A stretch of 64,000 nucleotides of DNA, taken from NCBI GenBank assembly GCA_964016885.1, contig OZ024761.1, positions 18,476,001-18,540,000 on the forward strand, written 5' to 3'. The notes under the pieces were generated by a model, which searched no databases, was not told the origin of the DNA, and saw only the letters and a program-made list of their open reading frames with translations. Source of the DNA: Eledone cirrhosa. Its lineage: Eukaryota. The translations under genes and the position numbers were made by a program. How positions within the stretch are numbered: the first letter of the stretch is position 1; each line of letters starts with the position of its first letter. This document shows positions 38,515 to 53,560 of the stretch, one piece after another.

Positions 38515-38548
<34 letters not shown>

Positions 38549-38766
38549 GTGGACGTGTAGGCGCCACGAAAAAGCACCCAACACTCACTGTAAATGAGGT
38601 TGGTGTTAGGAAGGGCATCCAGCTGTAGAAATCAAGCCAGATCAGTTCCTGTGTGAGCAAGGCATGGTCAGCCGACCAGACACTGCCCACAACAGGACAA
38701 CCCGTCTAACCCATGCTAGCGTGGAAGAACGGACGTAAAACGGTGATGATGATGATGATGATGAAA

Positions 38767-38971
38767 TAGGAAAAAGTATAACCCCGACGGCAGAGCTCAA
38801 GCTGTTTCGACGGCTATTTCTAGAATCTAGAAACAGTCTAGAAATAGCCGTGGAAACGGCTTGAGCTCTGCCGTCGGGGTCATACTTTTTCCTATTTACC
38901 CATTCTACTACCCTAGGTATTGAATACTCTGGTGCGTTATGGTCCATCTGGTTCCTTACCACACTTCCTTC

Positions 38972-38975
<4 letters not shown>
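38767..38975. mobile_element. Family C fold-back element
   Basis: Palindrome 38767-38894 with arm GAAACGGCTTGAGCTCTGCCGTC^GGGGT, then shared tail. Confidence 0.7.
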
Positions 38976-39014
<39 letters not shown>

Positions 39015-39264
39015 ATGTATGTATGTATGTATGTATGTATGTATGTATGTATATATATTTCATGTGTCTTTCTCAATCAGTCCAGTAAGTTATGGGATGT
39101 TATCAGTCTATAAAGAACCAACATGATAACCAACTCTACATCATCTGTTGGATTGTATATGGGACAGAATATATCGATATACACACTGCTGTCTCCCTCT
39201 CCCTCTCACACACACACACACAGCTATCTTCCTCCCTCTCTCATTGTATATACATATAAATATA

Positions 39265-39310
<46 letters not shown>

Positions 39311-39371
39311 CATATGTGCATATATCATCTTTTGGATCAGATACTGGACAGAATACATCAATACACACACA

Positions 39372-39539
<168 letters not shown>

Positions 39540-39830
39540 TTGTGTCATCTGTACATCTGCTGGATCCGATACTGGACATAACAGATCAATATACAGTCTT
39601 CTCTCTCTCCTCACCCCCTCTCATTTACACACACTTTCTCCTCACCTCTCTTTCTCTCTCGTTCTCTCTCTCCCTATATATATATGTGTGTGTCTATCAT
39701 CTGTTGGGTCCGATACTGGACATAACAGATCAATATACAGTCCTCTTTCACCTCTCTCTCTCCCTCTCACTTTCTCTCTCTCTCATTTACACATGCACTT
39801 TCTCTCTCTGCCTCTTTCTCTCTCTCTCTA

Positions 39831-39877
<47 letters not shown>

Positions 39878-39914
39878 TCACCACCACCGTTTAGCATCCA
39901 TTTTTCATACTTGC

Positions 39915-39968
<54 letters not shown>

Positions 39969-40013
39969 CTACATTCACCGCAGAGAGTATCATTAATAAA
40001 ACATCTTATATAC

Positions 40014-40053
<40 letters not shown>

Positions 40054-40095
40054 ATACACATATATATGTATATATATATATATATACACCCACAC

Positions 40096-40133
<38 letters not shown>

Positions 40134-40141
40134 ACCCACAC

Positions 40142-40179
<38 letters not shown>

Positions 40180-40187
40180 ACCCACAC

Positions 40188-40225
<38 letters not shown>

Positions 40226-40233
40226 ACCCACAC

Positions 40234-40271
<38 letters not shown>

Positions 40272-40279
40272 ACCCACAC

Positions 40280-40317
<38 letters not shown>

Positions 40318-40339
40318 ACCCACACATATATATATACAT

Positions 40340-40419
<80 letters not shown>

Positions 40420-40461
40420 TATAATATATATATATACATATATATATATATACATATATAC

Positions 40462-40590
<129 letters not shown>

Positions 40591-41069
40591 ATACCATCAT
40601 ATATTATATATTGGAGAGAACACACCAATGTACACTGTTGTCCCTCCCCTGCCCCTATCTGTCTGTCTGTCAATAATGTGTGTTGCTATACATTATATCC
40701 TTTCCAATATAATTACTATCAGTCCAACTGATGCAGCCATTGCTACTATATATACACATATGTATTTGTACACATATATATATACATACATATAAAGATA
40801 TATATATATATATGTATATATATACACACATACACACGCATTCATACATATTCACTTATATATTTGTACATACATACATACATACATACACACACATACA
40901 TGCACTCACTTATTCACACATGCATAAACAGTTATACACCTCACACATACATATTTGTACATACACACATACATATTCACATACATGTTTCTACATACAC
41001 ATCACATCACACACACACACACATACATACATGCATGCACATATATTCACACATACATTGTTGTTCACA

Positions 41070-41740
41070 TATGCATACATGTACATATATATAGTCACAC
41101 ATGCATACATGTACATACATATACAGTCACATGCATACATGTACATACATATACAGTCACACATGCATACATGTACATACATATACAGTCACACATGCAT
41201 ACATGTACATACATATACAGTCACACAGGCATACATGTACATACATATACAGTCACACATGCATACATGTACATACATATACAGTCACACATACATACAT
41301 GTACATACATATATAGTCACACATGCATACATGTACATACATATATAGTCACACAGGCATACATGTACATACATATATAGTCACACAGGCATACATGTAC
41401 ATACATATATAGTCACACAGGCATACATGTACATACATATACAGTCACACATGCATACATGTACATACATATACAGTCACACATGCATACATGTACATAC
41501 ATATACAGTCACACATGCATACATGTACATACATATACAGTCACACATGCATACATGTACATACATATACAGTCACACATGCATACATGTACATACATAT
41601 ATAGTCACACATACATATACAGTCACACACGCATACATGTACATACATATATAGTCACACATACATATACAGTCACACACGCATACATGTACATACATAT
41701 ACAGTCACACATGCATACATATACAGTCACACATGCATAC
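41070..41740. repeat. About 32-bp minisatellite
   Basis: Unit CAGTCACACATGCATACATGTACATACATATA. Confidence 0.92.
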
Positions 41741-41774
41741 ATATTCACATATAGATGCATGTTCACAGATACAT

Positions 41775-41807
<33 letters not shown>

Positions 41808-43359
41808 TATGCATATTCACACACTCATACATACATATACATAAACATGCAGAAAATGGCTGGGCTGGGCTAGTCTAGACTGGATCAGGCTGGACTGGAT
41901 TTAACCAGACCAAACTGGACTGGACAGGACAGGATTGTAGTTACTAACCCAGATACCAACTGGGTTATATTAGTGACATATGACATTGTTTTCTTTTGTG
42001 TGGCCGGGGGGGGGGGGTATTGGTGGTTGTGGTGGTGGTGGTGTTGGTGTAAAGATGGTGGTTTATGGTGGAGAAGGTGGTGGTGTTGGTGGTAACTATT
42101 ACCATAGCCACAGATGCCACACCACCACCAACAACAACACCCCCTCCCCCACAACCACTACCACCACCACCACCACATCTTCAAAGTGTATTAAAAAAAA
42201 TGTCTAAGTGAAATTTACTCACATAAACCAGTTTTATTAACTAATTATAATTAATTAATTAATTATTTTATCTAGTTTGACAAACAATCAAATGTATGTA
42301 TGTATATATATAAGGATGTGGTCACCCGACTTGTTTGGTATAAAAACGTGACAGCGCGCCTAATTCATGCAAGCATGGGAAATAGACAGTAAAAGGTGTA
42401 TGTGCCTTATATATATATAAGATAAGGTGTGGTAAAAAATCAGAGTACTTGATATTTGGGGTAGTAGTGTGGGTAAGGGTAATATGAAAAGATTCAGGAC
42501 CCCGACAGTTGAGGTCCTGAATCTTTATATATATATATCAAGTAAGTTTGTTTTGAAACAGTGAGCGGTTTGAAATTTATTAGAAATAGCTTTCGCCATA
42601 TTTTTTACTAAAGAAATTTTAGGCTGATAATGGGGTCTAAAACCCTCTAAAAAATGGAAAAGGATGAGTATTGACATACATGGGAGTCGAACCCACATCT
42701 TTGGTTATCCAGACCACTGTGCTACCATTGTGTTGGTCTGTGCTACCATTGTGTTGGTGTAATGGTAGCACAGTGGTCTAGAATTAAAACAAACATTCCT
42801 ATAGAACCTCACAATGAGGGATCTTACCAGAATGCCTTCCTTAGAAATCTGCCCATAGCTCTCTCTCAGTCTAGATGCATCAAGAGAGCTACTGAACTTG
42901 CCACCCATGATGTAATTGCCACATCAACAGTAGAACATACTAGCAAAACATGGTCACTTCCCAAGTCAAATGTACATAATCGATGTCGTGTAATGCTATA
43001 AATTGAGGTTTAACATGTAAAACCGTCTTTTCGTTTTTCATAAAGTAACTACACTCTGTCATACCATACGTATAATACCAATTACCACTTATTTGCAGAC
43101 AGATGTGGAGTGCTTAAGCTTAATTACCCCATAATTCATTGACTGCAAAGATCAAGTAACACTGATATTTACTCATACACTCACACACATGTATATATGT
43201 GTATAAATATATTTATGTGTATAAATAAATATATATATATGAATAAATATGTATATGTGTATATATGTTTATGTATATGTTTATATATATAATATAATCA
43301 GGCCGATCAGCCACTGTGTATTTTTGAAAATAGCATATATTTTTACTAGCTCTGACAGT

Positions 43360-43439
43360 TTGGCAGGTGAACAGCGAGCTGTACTGATGAAGGGTGATAC
43401 CTAGAAACATTAGTGTCTGCAGTTCTGTTCGCATGCCAA
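43360..43439 (+). ncRNA. Type I hammerhead motif with extended stem I (family G)
   Basis: ..GAACAG(CG)AGCUGUA-CUGAUGA-A(GGGU GAU ACCU)A-GAAA-CAUUAGUG-UC^UGCAGUUCUGUUC..; GUC triplet at 43415-43417. Confidence 0.88.
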
Positions 43440-43604
43440 CACAAGAGCAAGAATGAAGGGTTCATTCTACTGACATGGCTATAAAATTGAGGCGTGTTTG
43501 CATAATTGCAAACGAATCGAATGTTATTATTAATATTCGAAAAACTCAGATTACATTTATTGTGTTCAGCCATGAAGAGAGAAATTTTCTTTTATATATA
43601 TATT

Positions 43605-43641
<37 letters not shown>

Positions 43642-43674
43642 GTATATATATATATATTTATATATATATATATT

Positions 43675-43709
<35 letters not shown>

Positions 43710-43964
43710 ATTTATAGAGAGAGAGAGAGATGTAAAGTCCCGACCACGGCGCCAGGCGGTTTCAGCTTTGGTCTACTACATCTCCCCATGATTAGTGGTC
43801 TCCTGGTCTCAGCACTGCACTCTCTCTCTCTCTCTCTCTCTTTATACAGGGAGAGGATGAGAGATGTATGTATATATAAGATGCTACACTTCCAGCAATT
43901 CTCTGTACTAATTACCCTTTGCTAGTTCAGGGACATAAATATAATGCTACTTAATCTTCTTACT

Positions 43965-44050
<86 letters not shown>

Positions 44051-44170
44051 GTGCAGTATTTACCTCTACTTCCCTCCTGGTTAGTAGACCAAGGCCTTCT
44101 ATCAAATCTCACTCTCTCTCTCTCGCTCTCTCTCTCTCTCGCTCTCTCTATGCACTCACACATACAACAC

Positions 44171-44205
<35 letters not shown>

Positions 44206-44648
44206 TATAGTTATATGTATTCTGGTTAGTAGTCCAAGGCCTCCTCTGTAAGCCAAAGTGCCACCACCACCACAACAACAACATAATCACCTCAACCATC
44301 ATCACTGCCACACCCCACCATCACCACCACTACCACAATAACCCCATCACCACCACACCACCACCACCACAGTGCTGCCCCCTTGACTCTATTTCAAAGA
44401 ATTACTAAGGCAACAACTCAAGTGGATGAAAGATATGGTGCTATGTCATGGGATGTTATGAGCCAGTTTAGTGGTGTGTGTGTGTATATACATGTAGCAT
44501 ACATGTAGCATTTACTGTATGTATATATGTGTATGTGTTTATAGACATGTGTATGCTTGTGAGCCTGTATAGTAGTGTGTGTGTATATATATGAACATAC
44601 ATGTAGCATTTACTATATGTGTATGTGTGTATATTTGTGAGCCTGTAT

Positions 44649-44708
<60 letters not shown>

Positions 44709-44792
44709 TAAGTTATTCCGGGTTGAATCGGAGGTAACCACAGTAAGTAAGGTACTCAATACATAGCAGAGTATAAAAATTTTAATATAGAT

Positions 44793-44844
44793 GAGATTCT
44801 ACAGGACTAGAACTGTTTCATTCTTGAGTAATCATCAGGAATTC
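44793..44844 (-). ncRNA. Type I hammerhead motif, family B
   Basis: GAAUUC-CUGAUGA-UUACUCAAGAAU-GAAA-CAGUUCUAGUCCUG-UA^GAAUCUC; mirror copy at 44839-44890 (+) has GAUA for GAAA. Confidence 0.72.
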
Positions 44845-44911
44845 CTGATGATTTCTCAAGAATGATACAGTTCTAGTCCTGTAGAATCTCATCTATATTA
44901 AAACTATATAT

Positions 44912-45122
44912 ATAGCTGTCGAATCGGCCGGAACTCAGCCGTCAAGGTCCTGACTCTTCCTATATATATATCTATATAGGAAAAGAGTCAGGACCCCAAC
45001 AGCTGAGCTCCGGCCGTTTTGACAGCTAGATCTCTTTTCCTATTACCCACTCTACTACCCTAAGTATTGAGTACTCTGGTGCGTTATGGTCCACCTGGTA
45101 TCTAACCACACTCGCTTTGTTA
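44912..45122. mobile_element. Family C rearranged element
   Basis: Two decayed arms inverted around a TA run, then shared tail. Confidence 0.65.
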
Positions 45123-45941
45123 TATATATATAACAGTCCTATATGAGCAAGACACGATCACCTGACCCAACTTGCCTCTAATGGGACAACCTGTCTAACC
45201 CATGCTAGCGTGGAAAATGGTCGTTAAATAATAATGACGATGATGATGATGATGATATATATATATATATATACACACACAATTAAATGTGCTATATGAA
45301 TTATATAAATATGTGTATGTGTGTGGAATGGGAAGCACATTTTAATGAGTATGTATGAAGGAAAACTCTGATATAACACCTGCAACCCTGATGGTATCCA
45401 ATGATGTTGACTTGTTCTTCTTTTTGGTAAATATCATCTTGGTTAAGAGAGTGGGACTGGCTTTGTGCAGTGCCTTTGCTCACTATAAAAGCTTCACGGC
45501 ACAGGCATTGCTTTATATCTGGAGATCTCTCTGCACTTGTCGTCGCATGGTACCATGAGCCCAGCACTATGTGTCAATAATTGTCACAAGTGTAGTGTTT
45601 GTACCAGAGTTTTCAAGTCACTGGCTGGACTAAAAAGTCACACTCGTTCAGCGCATCGGTAGGGGTTCTCCTACATGGATATAAAGTAGTGGCCGTACTC
45701 GAAAACGAGTTGGCAGCCACCATATATATCCTCCACCCAGCATATATATATATGTATATGTGGTAGGTGGAGGATATATATATATATGCTGGGTGGGGGA
45801 GTTACGAGTAGAGGTATGGGGCTGAGGCTCTACTATATACATTTTTCCCAATAAGATCGAAGCAAAGCTAAGTTTGAACAGCTTCCGTCCTTGGCATGTT
45901 TGATGTAGAGTGCACTTAGCATCTGCCTTCTTAAATAACTC

Positions 45942-45973
<32 letters not shown>

Positions 45974-46043
45974 CACTGTATATATATATATATATAAATA
46001 TATATATACACAAATGCATAAACTTGTACGTATTATATATATA

Positions 46044-46081
<38 letters not shown>

Positions 46082-46977
46082 CATATATATATACACACAC
46101 ATACTTATATAGATGTGTGTATATACACATGCTTAAACACTTGCGTATATCTATATGGTGTGGGATTAATAATTAAATATCTTCCTCATCTATTCTTCCC
46201 CTCTCCTCTTTCTCCCTATCATTCCTAGCTTTCTATATCTGTCCCTCCCCCCAACCACTCTCTCTCTAATTCTATCATATTTCCTCTAACTACACCTTAC
46301 CTGTGTTTCTGCCCAGTCAGTCTATTAATTAATCAATCAATCAATCTCTCTCTCTCTCCATCTTCATCTTCAACAACAACATCTCCCTCACGCAACTTTG
46401 TTATTACTTACTGTTGTGCTTGGTGTAGTTAGTATACTGCCCTGCTATATTTATATATAATATATATATATATATATATAATAAGAGTGAATAATCAATT
46501 TAGACTTATAACATAATTTTACCCTGTTGTACAGTCTTAATTTATTAAATTTTGAGCTCTGCAGTTTGTGCCATTACAGTCTATAAAGTAATCTACAGAG
46601 GTTTAAAACTCATTCAGCCTTTTTGGGTTGCCACTGGACCAAGGATACTCATTAACATTGAGCTCCTACAATCTTTACCAGGACATATATTGGTAAACCC
46701 CAATGTAACCTAACATATATATATAAAACTCATTCAGCATTTTTGCATTACTACTGGACCAAGAATACTGATTATTATTGAGCTTCTATAATCTTTACCA
46801 GGATATATATTGGTAAACTCCAATGTAACCTAACACACACACACATATATATATATACACACATACATATATTTACACACAAGTGTTTTGTTTGGTATTC
46901 ATACTACCATTTCAATACAGTACAGAATAGTTGAGAATATTTAAATATATATATATATATTTATATATATATATATT

Positions 46978-47048
<71 letters not shown>

Positions 47049-47051
47049 ATT

Positions 47052-47125
<74 letters not shown>

Positions 47126-47137
47126 TATATATATATT

Positions 47138-47240
<103 letters not shown>

Positions 47241-47703
47241 GTATGCAGTTGGCAGCTGAGAGAAAAGAGTACTCAATACCGAAGTATAGTTTTAATATTC
47301 ATTTTATTAAGACTAAATAGTGAGTCTTGTTAATCTTGTGACTCTGGTGTTTTGCCTGCTTCTGACACGATCATCACTGGATGAATTAACTGACACAGCT
47401 TACAAACAGGGGAAAATATACCAACGACCAAGGAACTTGTAATATATTATATATTTATTTAATATCAAAACGTCTTAAATAGACACGCATACACATTCTC
47501 ACGCACAAACATCTATATATCCAAAAGAATAACATTTAAACATCCAATAGGTTGCTGGTGAGTCTGTATTTTGCTTTTTTACCCACTTTTTGTTGCTGTT
47601 GTTGATTTCTGTTTGATTATATTTTTGTATTTTTGTCTCTATCATACTATGGAAGGGCGTCAGACAGGTCCACAGTTCTATCGGCCATGGGACCTTAACA
47701 CAA

Positions 47704-47805
<102 letters not shown>

Positions 47806-48097
47806 GAACTTTCTTTCCTCTTTCCAACATAAAGTGTGAAGCTAATAAAACTTTTTATACTACTGTTTGTTGTCTCTTTGAACTATATGTGTGTGTGTGT
47901 GTGTGTGTAGGAGTCGAGATTTTTACTTTTAGCAACCGTACCTGCTATTAACTAAAATGGGTGCACTCTGAACAGCTAATTGCAGTTGTATTACTGCAAT
48001 CTGGCAGATTCATTGAGTGAGCTAGACGTTGGCGGTGGACCGTTGACATAATATCAACGACTTCCGTTAATAATTATATATATATATATATGCACAT

Positions 48098-48130
<33 letters not shown>

Positions 48131-48158
48131 CACACATTTATATATATATATATATATG

Positions 48159-48226
<68 letters not shown>

Positions 48227-48586
48227 CGTGGAAAATGGACGTTAAACGATGATGATAAAAATACACACAGCAAAAGACAAGACAAGACAGAGTATGCAAT
48301 TCATTTAGAGTTACCTCCCCTTGTGGACCTTAGGGACAGTGCTTAATGTCATTTTATTCAATGAGATTTAACGCAATTATTACTGAAGTTATATTTAATT
48401 CATTCGTTCATTTATGCACCTTAAATTAGATAAAATGCTGAGTTGACCTCCTCGGCGATATTTGAACTGTACGAGAGGTCTGTGGGCTAAGTTCAAAAAT
48501 TCAATTTTTCAATTTAATACACAATATAAATATATATATATATACGATATATTAACAAATGGAAACTATATTTATAAAACCATATT

Positions 48587-48651
48587 TATTTCATTATACA
48601 TATTTCAAGGACACCAAGTTAAATTATGGTGTGCTTTCATCAGATAAAATA
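48587..48651 (-). ncRNA. Type I hammerhead motif, family A
   Basis: UAUUUUAU-CUGAUGA-(ACACCA/UGGUGU)-GAAA-UAUGUA-UA^AUGAAAUA; near-identical to the 7545-7735 element. Confidence 0.87.
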
Positions 48652-48774
48652 TAATATAGATCAGTTTTATAAATAAATATTGACATACCCTTAAAAAATG
48701 CGACCATTTCTGTTGGAAGCTCCCGGATAGATTATAAAAATATTTGCTTGTTGTATCCAAACAATTTAAATAGA

Positions 48775-48814
<40 letters not shown>

Positions 48815-48817
<3 letters not shown>

Positions 48818-49017
48818 AACGAGTAGGACCCCGACGGCTGAGCTCAAGCCGTTTCGACGGCTAATTCTGGACTAAAATTTTAGTCCAGAATTAGCCATCG
48901 AAACGGCTTGAGCTCAGCCATCGGGGTCCTACTCGTTCCTATTACCCACTCTACTACCCGAAGTATCGAGTACTTTAGTGCGTTATGGTCCACCTGGTTC
49001 CTTACCACATTTCCTAC

Positions 49018-49022
<5 letters not shown>
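48815..49022. mobile_element. Family C fold-back element
   Basis: Near-perfect palindrome 48815-48941 centred on AAAATTTT, then shared tail; TA tracts on both sides. Confidence 0.75.
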
Positions 49023-49078
<56 letters not shown>

Positions 49079-49288
49079 AGAGTAGTACTAAGTACTAGCT
49101 GGTTACCGATATAACTCCTGACTCTCCACATCATGCCTTTGACACTAATAACAATTATGTACCCTAAATGACTAGGATTTTAGTTACATGTTTCGACATT
49201 CCTTATGCTCCGATGATTCCAGACTTCCCTCTGGAAGAAACAATTGTCAGCTAATAAATGTTCTGAACTAAAATTTGATCGTTTCAAC

Positions 49289-49330
<42 letters not shown>

Positions 49331-49883
49331 TACACATATATACACACACACACACATATATACAGGTTTATGTATGTATATAAGGCGTGTGGCTGAGTGG
49401 TTAGAGAATTGGATTAGCAATCGTGAGGTTGAGAGTTCGATTCTCGAACCAGGCGATGCATTATGTCCTTGAGCAAGACCCTTTATTTCACGTTGCTGGA
49501 GTTGCGACCGATAGAGAGTATTAGCAATTGGAAAGACCAACGGAAACATTGTTTCCTCGGTCCGATTTGACGAAAGTCGATCGATCGACTATATATATAT
49601 CTATATATATATATACCCCCACACATATATAGGTGTATGTATATATATATATAACCCCCCCCCCATACACACACAAACACACATATGCATATATATATAT
49701 ACATATACACACATTTCTTTATATGTATATATTATATATATGTGTGTATATATTTGTACTCTTCAAGAAGTGTTTACGCCCGACACGTCGGACTTTTTTT
49801 TTCCCTTTCCAATATAAAGTGTGAAACTAATAAGACTTTTTGTACCTCTGTTTGTTGTCTCAAACTATATATATATATACAGT

Positions 49884-49914
<31 letters not shown>

Positions 49915-50429
49915 CCGTTTTACGTCCGTTCTTCCACGCTAGCATGGGTTAGACGGGTTGTCCTGTTGTGGGCAGTGTCTGGTCGGCTGACCATGCCTTG
50001 CTCATACAGGAACTGATCTGGCTTGATTTCTACAGCTGGATGCCCTTCCTAACACCAACCTCATTTACAGTGAGTGCTGGGTGCTTTTTCGTGGCGCCTA
50101 CACGTCCACTTTACAGTGTGGGCTGGGTGCTTTTTTGCCGTGGCACCTCCACGACCACCTTGCGGTGGGGGGGGGGGGGCATATTGTTTATATGCTTCAG
50201 TATATATATATATATATATACAGTATATACAGTATATACAGTATATATATATAAATGTTCCGCCTTCAACGACCTTGTGTTATATCTCAGTCAATACAAA
50301 TCCTCATCCGTTTCAGGTTTGTAGTTGGTTAAGCTGATGATGATGATAATAATAAGAATCTTATTGGGATTTACTTTGAAGATTAGCCATTGCATGTATG
50401 AACACAAACATAGGCACACAGACATACAT

Positions 50430-52380
50430 TCACATTGATATAACATTCTCACACACATATATATACACTGGTAAATCACTCACACATACATACACCCTCT
50501 TTCTCTTTCTCACACACATACATACAGATATACACACATTCACTTTGGTAAGTCTTTCTCACATATATATACACTGGTAAATCACTTACACATACATATA
50601 CCCTCTTTCTCACACACACACACATACATACAGATATACACACATTCACTTTGGTAAGTCTTTCTCACATATATATACACTGGTAAATCACTCACACATA
50701 CATACACCCTCTTTCTCTTTCTCACACACATACATACAGATATACACACATTCACTTTGGTAAGTCTTTCTCACATATATATACACTGGTAAATCACTCA
50801 CACATACATACACCCTCTTTCTCTTTCTCACACACATACATACAGATATACACACATTCACTTTGGTAAGTCTTTCTCACACATATATATACTGGTAAAT
50901 CACTCACACATACATACACCCTCTTTCTCTTTCTCACACACATACATACAGATATACACACATTCACTTTGGTTAGTCTTTCTCACATATATATACACTG
51001 GTAAATCACTCACACATACATACACCCTCTTTCTCTTTCTCACACACATACATACAGATATACACACATTCACTTTGGTTAGTCTTTCTCACATATATAT
51101 ACACTGGTAAATCACTTACACATACATATACCCTCTTTCTCACACACACATACATACAGATATACACACATTCACTTTGGTAAGTCTTTCTCACATATAT
51201 ATACACTGGTAAATCACTCACACATACATACACCCTCTTTCTCTTTCTCACACACATACATACAGATATACACACATTCACTTTGGTTAGTCTTTCTCAC
51301 ATATATATACACTGGTAAATCACTCACACATACATATACCCTCTTTCTCACACACACATACATACAGATATACACACATTCACTTTGGTAAGTCTTTCTC
51401 ACATATATATACACTGGTAAATCACTCACACATACATACACCCTCTTTCTCTTTCTCACACACATACATACAGATATACACACATTCACTTTGGTTAGTC
51501 TTTCTCACATATATATACACTGGTAAATCACTTACACATACATATACCCTCTTTCTCACACACACATACATACAGATATACACACATTCACTTTGGTAAG
51601 TCTTTCTCACATATATATACACTGGTAAATCACTCACACATACATACACCCTCTTTCTCTTTCTCACACACATACATACAGATATACACACATTCACTTT
51701 GGTTAGTCTTTCTCACATATATATACACTGGTAAATCACTTACACATACATATACCCTCTTTCTCACACACACACACATACATACAGATATACACACATT
51801 CACTTTGGTTAGTCTTTCTCACATATATATACACTGGTAAATCACTTACACATACATATACCCTCTTTCTCACACACACATACATACAGATATACACACA
51901 TTCACTTTGGTTAGTCTTTCTCACATATATATACACTGGTAAATCACTCACACATACATACACCCTCTTTCTCTTTCTCACACACATACATACAGATATA
52001 CACACATTCACTTTGGTTAGTCTTTCTCACATATATATACACTGGTAAATCACTTACACATACATATACCCTCTTTCTCACACACACATACATACAGATA
52101 TACACACATTCACTTTGGTTAGTCTTTCTCACATATATATACACTGGTAAATCACTTACACATACATATACCCTCTTTCTCACACACACATACATACAGA
52201 TATACACACATTCACTTTGGTTAGTCTTTCTCACATATATATACACTGGTAAATCACTCACACATACATACACCCTCTTTCTCTTTCTCACACACATACA
52301 TACAGATATACACACATTCACTTTGGTTAGTCTTTCTCACATATATATACACTGGTAAATCACTCATGCATACATATACC
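50430..52380. repeat. About 102/106-bp satellite with a partial 208-bp higher-order period
   Basis: About 19 units containing CACTGGTAAATCACT and CATTCACTTTGGT(A/T)AGTC; identical ORFs recur every 208 bp. Confidence 0.95.
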
Positions 52381-53097
52381 TTCTCTCTCTCTCTCTCACA
52401 CACACATTCAGCCCCCACACTCTCTCAATCACACACACACACAATTAAATCTCTCGTAATCACCATGTTTTTACTATAAACAATCTCACTCCTTCCCTCC
52501 AACACCTCACAAAATCCAGTTGTTTTTCAAACTGTTCCTACACATAACTAAACATACACATTTACACATACATTGGTTTACATAAACACATACAGGTATA
52601 TATACATACACATCAACATACATTGATATATATATATACATACATTAGCATAGATTGGTATATACACTCATTAACACATACATTGGTACACACAAATACA
52701 TACAGGTATATATACATACACATCAACATACATTGATATATATATATATATACATACATTAGCATAGATTGGTATATACACTCATTAACACATACATTGG
52801 TACACACAAATACATACAGGTATATATACACATCATATATTGCTATATATACCACACACATCAATGTACATTAGTATTGATACACATCAACATACATTGG
52901 TATACATTAACACATACAGGTATATATATATATATATATATTTAAGAGTTAAACAAGATTCAATGAGTACATCAAAGAATGAGTTTTACAATAGATTGGA
53001 AGCACTCTACTGAAAATATTTTCCAGAGTTATTAATATTAATTCCAAATATTAACAAAATAGATATTCTTGTGATCAATTATATTTTATTATAGATA

Positions 53098-53158
53098 TTT
53101 ATCTGATGAGGACGTACTGTTGAACTTAATTCAGTACCTCTGAAATATGTATAATAAA
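53098..53158 (+). ncRNA. Type I hammerhead motif, family A3
   Basis: UUUAU-CUGAUGA-(GUACUG/CAGUAC)-GAAA-UAUGUA-UA^AUAAA; sits in the loop of a 66-bp inverted repeat. Confidence 0.8.
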
Positions 53159-53221
53159 ATATAATTGATCACAAGAATATCTATTTTGTTAATATTTGGA
53201 ATTAATATATATATATATATA

Positions 53222-53560
53222 TGGACGCACATGGCTTAGTGGTTAGAGCATTGGCCTTGCAATCGAAGGGTTGTGAGTTCAATTCTCAGACCGGGTGATG
53301 TGTTGTTTCCTTGAGCAAGACACTTTGTTTCACATTGCTCCAGTTTACTCAGCTGTAGAAATGAGATGATAGGGACTGGGGTCCCTATCATTCCACTGTA
53401 AGGTGGTCGTGGAGGTGCCACGGAAAAAAAAAGCACCCAGCACTCACTGTAAATGAGGTTGGTGTTAGGAAGGGCATCCAGCTGTAGAAATCAAGCCAGA
53501 ATCAGTTCCCGTCCCACCCTTGCAAGCAGGGAAAAGCGGACGTAAAATGAAATGATGATG
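53222..53560 (+). mobile_element. CORE-like SINE family 2, full length
   Basis: Near-identical to 7787-8120. Confidence 0.88.
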
